Source of the DNA: a virus
IMG/VR virus record: IMGVR_UViG_3300045988_023617
Strand: one strand, 5' to 3'
Length of the DNA stretch: 18,844 nt
Shown: positions 12,726 through 18,632 of the stretch, one piece after another
Numbering within the stretch: position 1 is the first letter of the stretch
Layout: each line of letters opens with the position of its first letter
Translations under genes and position numbers: made by a program
The notes under the pieces: model-generated
Told to the model about the DNA's origin: nothing
What the model saw: the letters and a program-made list of their open reading frames with translations, nothing else
Databases searched by the model: none

Positions 12726-14660
12726 ATGGCTACCGTATACAGTAAAACCGATAATTACGGGCTTAATTTGTATGGCGACAATGACCCAGCCGATTTAAGG
12801 GACGGCTACAATGGCTCCATGCACACCATTGACGATACGCTCGGAAAGCACCTTAACCGAATCGAAGGTGTCGAGTCGCGTGAAACGCATGATGAGGAAG
12901 TGGTCAAAGCGCTGATTGGTGATAACACGGTTGACAGCGCCACCGCATCGAAAGCCAAATGGGATAAATCGATTACAGACGCCGCCGCCGCAACCGCCGC
13001 CGCCGCAGCCGCAGCAGGTAAGGCGGACGACAATACCGCGATTCTCTCCGCGTTGGGAGCCGACACCACGGCAAACGCCACCGCCAATAAAACCAAATGG
13101 GATAAAGCGGGAGCGGACGCAGCGACAGCCATAGGCAAGGCTGACAACAATAAAACAATTCTTACCGCACTTGGGGCAGGCTCAACCGTTGACGCCACGA
13201 CGCAAAAAACCAAACTGGACAACACCGCCACCAAGGTGGACGAGCTTGCGAACGCGCGCGTGGACAGCAAGCTTGACTCGCACTTCATCATCCATGCGCA
13301 CCGTGGTTCCTACCGTTTTCCCGAAAACACAATGGAAGGGATTATGTGGGCGGTACGTCACGGATATATACCTGAAATCGACGTGCAACTCACGTCGGAC
13401 GGCGTGCCCGTAATCCTACACGACACCTCCACCGCCCGCACGATGACGGGGACGGCAGCTAACGTTTCATCCATCACTTACGCCGATTTTATGTCACGTG
13501 AAGTCAAAGCCAAGGTTCACGGCGGCAACACCGGCAAGCCAGTGAGTATGGAACAGGTGCTACAGGCTGTGGGGGATAGTCCCGTCGATTTTGAAATCAA
13601 GTCATTGACCAACGAAACTACGGACGCAATGCTGGAACTACTGCGAAAGTATAGCGCCACCGCAATCCACGAAGTGACTTCGTTCAGCTGGGAACAGTGC
13701 GTCCGCGCCGTGCAAGGGGGCATAAAATACGTTTCGTGGACGTGGGACGCTAACGCCATGCCACATTCTTGGGCTGACATGAAGAATGCCGGTATTTTCT
13801 GCGGAAACCCGCGTGAAGACAAACTCACTTCGGCAATGGTCAGCGCCGCACACTCGGCTGGCGTCAAGATTAATCCGTGGCTTATTAATGATCCCGTGGC
13901 ATATGAGCGAGTCACCGCGCTTGGAGTTGATGGCATTACCTCCAATTGGCCGGATTACGCCAGTGGACAGTTGGAGCGCAACTTCACGCCATTCAGCACG
14001 GGACAGAACGTTTTCATGCGTCCGAACTATGCCCCACAAGGCGGCACGGTATCACAGGAAATATCGGAAGCGGTTAGGGCGAAAAGCTCGTATCTCGCAC
14101 CGGACGGACTTTTCCAACTCGGAGACGCGGACTCTCAGATGCTAGTGGAATTGGTTGAGTGCGGCACGGTGACGCTGCCGGTCAGTATCGACCTTGAAGG
14201 GTTTGAGTCTCGCGTTCAGATTGGCGAGAATGGCGAGACGAAGAACATTGCAGTAATCGCAGTGAAGGAGTCAACCCCTATCGGCCAATTCAACGACGTG
14301 GCAACGGCTGGACAGGTCGGTATCATTGCGGGCGTTCGACGTAACGGTGCTACATTCGGCGGTTTTTATCAAGACAATGTGACGACGGTTGCCTTCGATA
14401 ATACCCCCGCAGTGTCTCCATCTGTGCCAAACGACAAAGCCGTAGGTGTGCATGCGTCCTTCGTTCTCGACCGTGACCACGCTCGAATCATTTGGGCGTA
14501 TTCCAATGGACAATCAGGTGATGTGACCACAGGAGATAATAAGGGCGTCACGTTGCCGGATACCGATAAATACCGTCTGTTTATCCGCCTTGCTCGCAAT
14601 TTTAAGAGCGCATGGAAAATTAGGGTACGCCCCTCTGATGGTTATCTCTACGAGAACTGA
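12726..14660 (+). CDS. Tail appendage / receptor-binding protein with glycerophosphodiester phosphodiesterase (GDPD) domain
   Basis: 644 aa. It carries the shared N-terminal module (KTDNYGLNLYGDNDPADLRDGYNGSMHTIDDTLGKHLNRI) and ~40-aa repeats with an Ala run. The GDPD signature is HAHRGSYRFPENTMEG...EIDVQLTSDGVPVILHD...INPWLINDP...GVDGITSNWPD (approx nt 13281-13955). A ~230-aa C-terminal domain of unknown fold follows. Confidence 0.85.
   Translation: MATVYSKTDNYGLNLYGDNDPADLRDGYNGSMHTIDDTLGKHLNRIEGVESRETHDEEVVKALIGDNTVDSATASKAKWDKSITDAAAATAAAAAAAGKADDNTAILSALGADTTANATANKTKWDKAGADAATAIGKADNNKTILTALGAGSTVDATTQKTKLDNTATKVDELANARVDSKLDSHFIIHAHRGSYRFPENTMEGIMWAVRHGYIPEIDVQLTSDGVPVILHDTSTARTMTGTAANVSSITYADFMSREVKAKVHGGNTGKPVSMEQVLQAVGDSPVDFEIKSLTNETTDAMLELLRKYSATAIHEVTSFSWEQCVRAVQGGIKYVSWTWDANAMPHSWADMKNAGIFCGNPREDKLTSAMVSAAHSAGVKINPWLINDPVAYERVTALGVDGITSNWPDYASGQLERNFTPFSTGQNVFMRPNYAPQGGTVSQEISEAVRAKSSYLAPDGLFQLGDADSQMLVELVECGTVTLPVSIDLEGFESRVQIGENGETKNIAVIAVKESTPIGQFNDVATAGQVGIIAGVRRNGATFGGFYQDNVTTVAFDNTPAVSPSVPNDKAVGVHASFVLDRDHARIIWAYSNGQSGDVTTGDNKGVTLPDTDKYRLFIRLARNFKSAWKIRVRPSDGYLYEN
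12927..13250 (+). repeat. In-frame ~40-aa tandem repeats (about 2.5 copies) in the fiber shaft
   Basis: The units are SATASKAKWDKSITDAAAATAAAAAAAGKADDNTAILSALGA, TANATANKTKWDKAGADAATAIGKADNNKTILTALGA, and the partial VDATTQKTKLDNTATKVDEL. Confidence 0.75.
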
Positions 14661-14676
14661 TGGACTATTTTAAGCG

Positions 14677-14709
14677 ATAGCCATGCTGCTATAATAGCAG
14701 CATGGCTAT
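14677..14709 (+). promoter_or_regulatory. Perfect 33-nt palindrome containing an extended -10 box (TGCTATAAT, 14687-14695) and the ATG of the tail-lysin gene
   Basis: ATAGCCATGCTGCTAT-A-ATAGCAGCATGGCTAT has 16-nt arms with no mismatch. TATAAT (14690-14695) straddles the centre. ATG 14702 is in the 3' arm, exactly 6 nt after the hexamer. TACTTTTG follows the palindrome. Confidence 0.6.
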
Positions 14710-15940
14710 TACTTTTGATGATTGGGTTAAGCAGACACAAGACCGATATTGGGATATGGATGGCGCATACGGTGCGCAGTGCTGGGACCTATGGGCCAAG
14801 TATAGTATGGACATGTATGGTCTGAGCGTTCAAGACTGCATCACCCCCACCGGCTATGCCGAGGGATGCTATACGAGGTTCCCCTACACCGCCGCACTCG
14901 GCAACGTGTATGAGAAAATGGACTCCAATTATACGCCAGTTAAGGGTGACGTGGTTTTTTGGACATTCGGCGGTCAAATCTACACTGGCTCCCATGTCGC
15001 AATCGTATGGGGTGGCGTCACTGGCGATAATATCGATGTTCTAACACAAAATCCCACTCCGGCAGTTCATCAAACCTTGCCACTCTTGCGCGGTTCGCAG
15101 CTGCTCGGCTACCTGCATCCCAAGAACTTGCAGCCGGGCGGCACGACGCCGGATAATCCGAACGGCGGCAATCCCACGGGTGGGGATAATCAAGGTTCGG
15201 GCGTGTCTGGCGGTTCGTCCGCATGGATACAGCAACAGGGCGATAATTTGATATACCATTACGGCTCGCGTAGTGGCGGCATGTCGGCGTTGTTCGTCAA
15301 GACTACCGCGCAGAATTGGATATATCGCGGCGCGTCCGGCACGGGTGCGCCGGATGGAGACGGCGGGCAATCGTCGCCCAGTGTAGGCGACGGCGAGTCA
15401 AGTTATGCGCTTTATGTGGTGGGCACGGTTGAATCATCATTGCGATGGGATGCGGTAGAGCCTAATCGCCAAGGCATCGGCATTGCGCAATGGAGTTTCG
15501 GCCGCCGCCTGCAAGTACTGAACGCGATGAAGACGGTTGACGCTGATGGATACCGGACGTTCGCCGCCGCCGCGCCGGACATTGTCGCGCTTATGGACTC
15601 GGGCGGCACGTTTGACAGGGCAATGACCGGTAGTGAGGTTGCTGCGTTCCAGACGTGGGCACGTCGTCCTCAGTCTCATGCGGGTCAACGCGCTCAGTTC
15701 GCTACGGATTACGAGGGCTATCCGCAAAAATACGACGACGCGAAGATGCAAATACTGTGGACTTGCGCATATCATCAATCTCCCGCAGGTGCGTTGAACG
15801 TGCCGACCGCGACCACGCTTGCGGGGTTGCGTGACAACATTCTAGCCACATCCCCGTTCGGACCATATGGCACGCGATATCAGGCCGCCTATAGCTTGCT
15901 GAACGTCTGGGATGGGAAGAGTGCGCCGCCAAACTTTTAA
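14702..15940 (+). CDS. Tail-associated peptidoglycan hydrolase: N-terminal CHAP endopeptidase/amidase + C-terminal phi29 gp13-type lysozyme-like domain
   Basis: 412 aa. CHAP signature: DMDGAYGAQCWDL (Cys27), GSHVAIVWGG (His98), VLTQNP (Asn117). A Gly/Asn/Pro linker covers aa ~145-175. C-terminal VVGTVESSLRWDAVEPNRQGIGIAQWS resembles gp13 GNMQSESTINPGLW...GFGLVQWT, with a putative catalytic Glu in GTVES. It occupies the phi29 gene 13 position, after the appendage gene. Confidence 0.8.
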   Translation: MAITFDDWVKQTQDRYWDMDGAYGAQCWDLWAKYSMDMYGLSVQDCITPTGYAEGCYTRFPYTAALGNVYEKMDSNYTPVKGDVVFWTFGGQIYTGSHVAIVWGGVTGDNIDVLTQNPTPAVHQTLPLLRGSQLLGYLHPKNLQPGGTTPDNPNGGNPTGGDNQGSGVSGGSSAWIQQQGDNLIYHYGSRSGGMSALFVKTTAQNWIYRGASGTGAPDGDGGQSSPSVGDGESSYALYVVGTVESSLRWDAVEPNRQGIGIAQWSFGRRLQVLNAMKTVDADGYRTFAAAAPDIVALMDSGGTFDRAMTGSEVAAFQTWARRPQSHAGQRAQFATDYEGYPQKYDDAKMQILWTCAYHQSPAGALNVPTATTLAGLRDNILATSPFGPYGTRYQAAYSLLNVWDGKSAPPNF

Positions 15941-15946
15941 CAAGTG

Positions 15947-15955
15947 TGCTATACT
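15947..15955 (+). promoter_or_regulatory. Extended -10 promoter (TGCTATACT), 6 nt upstream of the ATPase ATG
   Basis: TGn + TATACT ends at 15955 and the ATG is at 15962. There is no SD before either ATG 15962 or the track's GTG 15944. Confidence 0.5.
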
Positions 15956-15961
15956 GGACAC

Positions 15962-17065
15962 ATGGGTGACATTAACGTGCTTAATGAGAATGATTATTAT
16001 GACTATGGTAGAGCATTGTCTTATCATAGTCCTTGGATGTTCGTAATCGGAGCACGTGGCCTCGGGAAAACCTATGGCGCTAAAAAATTGGTTATCGGTG
16101 ATTGGATTAAGAAACGCTGGCAATTCATTTATCTACGCCGGACAGCAGAGGAACAGAAGAATAAGGGCACATGGTTTGCAGACGTCGCGGAGCAATACCC
16201 GGAACTGGAATTTAGAGTGTCCGGGAATCAGGCCGAATGTCACTGGCTGGATGACAGGGACGCAACCGCAGACAAGCATGGCAAGAGCCGTGCGACATGG
16301 CATGTCATGGGGTATTTTATCGCCCTATCGCAAGCTGGACAGGTGAAATCGGTTGCCTACCCTAAAGTACGAACTATTATCTTCGACGAAATATTCCCCG
16401 ACAATATGCGCTATCTCGGCGGAGAAGTTACGGCGCTTGAGGAATTTTACAACACGGTTGACCGTTGGAACGATAGGGTTCGCGTTATCATGTGCAGCAA
16501 CGCCGTAACGTTGGCTAACCCGTATTTCAGCGCGTTTAATATCAACCTAAAACCGCAGTTGGATAATCACACACAATATCAGCGATATTGTGACGGGTTC
16601 ATCATGGTGGAATTGGCCGATTACGGCGGATTCAGTGCCAAGGTTGCCACATCTAAATTCGGACAGTTTTTACGCAGGTATGACGAAAATTATGCGAATT
16701 ATGCAATCAATAATAATTTTAGAGATAATGCCAATGCTCTCATTAGTGATTTTAATAACGCCGGTTATGCGTTCACATTAAGAACCACTGAATACGGCGT
16801 TTTCAACGTTTATCAACAACTAAGCGATACCGATGAAGTATTGTATCTCATCACAAAAAAACAACCTAAAATCACAAGGGATTTTACATTTGACTATCGA
16901 CTGGTCGATAACGATTGTATGATGCTCAAACGTTCGGACGACATGACCCAGAAAATATTAAACGCCTATCGCGTCGGTAGATTACGGTTCGAGACTCCGC
17001 AAATTAAGGCGGAATTCAGTATGATTCTTGGCGGCTTGTTGCAACAATCAGGCATAAGAAAGTGA
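15962..17065 (+). CDS. DNA encapsidation (packaging) ATPase, phi29 gp16-like
   Basis: The track ORF starts at GTG 15944; ATG 15962 gives 367 aa. LSYHSPWMFVIGARGLGKTYGAKK resembles gp16 LSYDRILNFVIGARGIGKSYAMK (Walker A). QFIYLRRT resembles QFIYVRRY. TIIFDEIF resembles TIVFDEFI (Walker B). RVIMCSNAVTLANPYF resembles RCICLSNAVSVVNPYF. RVGRLRFE resembles MNGYLRFD. Confidence 0.93.
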   Translation: MGDINVLNENDYYDYGRALSYHSPWMFVIGARGLGKTYGAKKLVIGDWIKKRWQFIYLRRTAEEQKNKGTWFADVAEQYPELEFRVSGNQAECHWLDDRDATADKHGKSRATWHVMGYFIALSQAGQVKSVAYPKVRTIIFDEIFPDNMRYLGGEVTALEEFYNTVDRWNDRVRVIMCSNAVTLANPYFSAFNINLKPQLDNHTQYQRYCDGFIMVELADYGGFSAKVATSKFGQFLRRYDENYANYAINNNFRDNANALISDFNNAGYAFTLRTTEYGVFNVYQQLSDTDEVLYLITKKQPKITRDFTFDYRLVDNDCMMLKRSDDMTQKILNAYRVGRLRFETPQIKAEFSMILGGLLQQSGIRK

Positions 17066-17073
17066 GGATAATA

Positions 17074-17436
17074 ATGACGCAAGCAAACATATGGTGTACC
17101 ATTGCAGTCATATTTTTTATTAGCATCGACTACGTTACTGGCGTGGTAAAAGCAATCATGCGTGATAATCTGAGTTCGCGAAAGATGCGGGAGGGACTAG
17201 GGCACAAGTTCGCCTATCTTATGCTTGTGCTGGTGGCATGGTTCATCGACGAAGTGAACCGGCATATCAATTTAGGACTGCCAATGTCCGTATTTGTCTG
17301 CACGGTCGGCGGAGTATGTCTAATCGAACTCACGTCAATCCTCGAAAACGTCACCGAAATCAATCCCGAATTAAAAAACGCGCCATTCATGCAGATTTTC
17401 GCTCAATCCACAAATGACAAGCATAAGGCGGAATGA
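17074..17436 (+). CDS. Holin (phage_holin_4 / TcdE-like family), ~3 TM segments
   Basis: The track ORF starts at GTG 17062. ATG 17074 has GAGGA 5 nt upstream and gives 120 aa. ISIDYVTGVVKAIMRDNLSSRKMREGLGHKFAYLMLVLVA is the characteristic family pattern. Hydrophobic segments lie at aa ~6-25, 50-65 and 75-97. It sits directly upstream of the endolysin and overlaps it. Confidence 0.75.
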   Translation: MTQANIWCTIAVIFFISIDYVTGVVKAIMRDNLSSRKMREGLGHKFAYLMLVLVAWFIDEVNRHINLGLPMSVFVCTVGGVCLIELTSILENVTEINPELKNAPFMQIFAQSTNDKHKAE

Positions 17437-18320
17437 TGGACGGCATAATATGGATAGGCTCGCCAAACCATTACAATGGACGCAATGGATACGCCGTGAC
17501 ACACATAACGCTGCATATCATGGTCGGCCATCTCGCCGGAACGGATAGCGTATTTTTGAGCGCCAATTCGCAGGCAAGTGCGCACTATGGTATCGGCGCG
17601 GACGGTGCAATTCATCAATACGTGAGCGAAAACGACGGCAGCTACAGTGACGCCAATTTCACGTCAAACAATTCGACAATCAGCATAGAACACGAAGGGG
17701 GTATGAACGGAATACCTTGTACGCAAGCGTGCATGAACGCTTCCGCTCGACTCTGTGCCGACATAGCACGCCGATATGGTTGGACGCACCTGCGGCACGA
17801 TGGACTCAACGGCAACATATGGTTACACCGCGAAGTGCCGGGCACCGACCATTACGGCTGTCCCGACCTAGCGCCAAACGGACTCGACATAAATTATGTT
17901 ATCAACAAAGCAAATCAAATTCTAGAAGGAGCCGACGAAATGGCATTGACCGACGAAGATATTATGAGATTCTGGACACACAAACTCCCAAACGGACGCG
18001 CAGCACGCGACATTATCAGCGACGCAACCAGCGACGTAATCCGAATGCACGACACGGGACTTGTCGGCGGACAATGGATGCACAAACTTCCAAACGGCCG
18101 ATACGCCCGCGATATTGTAAGCGACGCAACCAGCGACGTAATCCGTATCCACGACACCATGCTACCAGCATTAACCGCACAAGTAACGGCGCTCACGGCA
18201 GCAGTAAAAGCATTATCCGAGTCGATAGGCGCCAATCCCGACACCATTGCCAAGACCGTGCAGGACGCGGTAAAAGCAAAACTGGACAGTCTGAAAATCA
18301 CCGTAACAGACGAACAGTAG
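17433..18320 (+). CDS. Endolysin: N-acetylmuramoyl-L-alanine amidase (Amidase_2/PGRP fold) with repeat-containing C-terminal region
   Basis: 295 aa. ATGATG overlaps the holin stop. Motifs: HITLHIMVG, SAHYGIGADGAIHQYV, TISIEHEG, and LHREVPGTDHYGCPD (a Zn-ligand His/Cys pattern like T7 lysozyme). The C-terminus carries two 34-aa repeats plus an Ala/Leu/Lys-rich helical tail. Confidence 0.85.
   Translation: MMDGIIWIGSPNHYNGRNGYAVTHITLHIMVGHLAGTDSVFLSANSQASAHYGIGADGAIHQYVSENDGSYSDANFTSNNSTISIEHEGGMNGIPCTQACMNASARLCADIARRYGWTHLRHDGLNGNIWLHREVPGTDHYGCPDLAPNGLDINYVINKANQILEGADEMALTDEDIMRFWTHKLPNGRAARDIISDATSDVIRMHDTGLVGGQWMHKLPNGRYARDIVSDATSDVIRIHDTMLPALTAQVTALTAAVKALSESIGANPDTIAKTVQDAVKAKLDSLKITVTDEQ
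17979..18159 (+). repeat. Tandem ~78-bp direct repeat with 102-bp period inside the endolysin gene (two 34-aa protein repeats)
   Basis: HKLPNGRAARDIISDATSDVIRMHDT and HKLPNGRYARDIVSDATSDVIRIHDT. The copies start at 17979 and 18081 and share an identical block, agcgacgcaaccagcgacgtaatccg. Confidence 0.85.
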
Positions 18321-18331
18321 CGCGACATAAG

Positions 18332-18370
18332 AAAGCCCCCTAGGTTATTGCCTAGGGGCTTTACTTTTTA
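18332..18370. terminator. Bidirectional intrinsic terminator between the convergent endolysin and right-terminal genes
   Basis: AAAGCCCCCTAGG (18332-18344) pairs with CCTAGGGGCTTT (18351-18362): 12 bp with one bulged C and loop TTATTG. It is followed by ACTTTTTA on the + strand. On the - strand, the stem's terminal A-T pairs and the flanking sequence give TTTCTTAT. Confidence 0.8.
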
Positions 18371-18374
18371 TACG

Positions 18375-18632
18375 TCAATCGCCGTTGTCAACCGAGACAA
18401 CATACGTACGGCACGGGCGACCCTTCTTAGACAAACACCGCCTGGTTTCAACGTAATCATAATCGTAGCTCAAAGAAAGTTCGATAACCGCTGCAAGAGC
18501 GGACTCGAACGTAATAACACTATCATCAAAACGACCATTATCACGAACGGGAGTCTTGAGCACGCCTTCAATACAAACTTCGTACCAATTGTCCTCTTCA
18601 AGTTCGATAACATAAGCGTTAAAATTAATCAT
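18375..18632 (-). CDS. Right terminal early protein, 85 aa, acidic, unknown function; start codon lies inside the ITR
   Basis: The only credible minus-strand gene. The ATG (complement of 18630-18632) and its SD are ITR sequence. It ends 5 nt before the bidirectional terminator region. Confidence 0.65.
   Translation of the reverse strand: MINFNAYVIELEEDNWYEVCIEGVLKTPVRDNGRFDDSVITFESALAAVIELSLSYDYDYVETRRCLSKKGRPCRTYVVSVDNGD

Noticed and set aside
12806-13291. 161-aa minus-strand ORF and the +2/+3 ORFs over the fiber repeat region (12916..13134, 12973..13158)
   Set aside because: They are antisense or out of frame to the Ala/Thr-rich repeats of the GDPD fiber gene. Their Pro/Arg- or Ala/Ser-rich low-complexity products are the expected translation artefacts of GCN-rich repeats.
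17717-18343. 208-aa +3 frame ORF overlapping the endolysin gene
   Set aside because: Its extremely Arg/Ser/Thr/Pro-rich product is an out-of-frame reading of the amidase and repeat region. The amidase frame carries the catalytic motifs.
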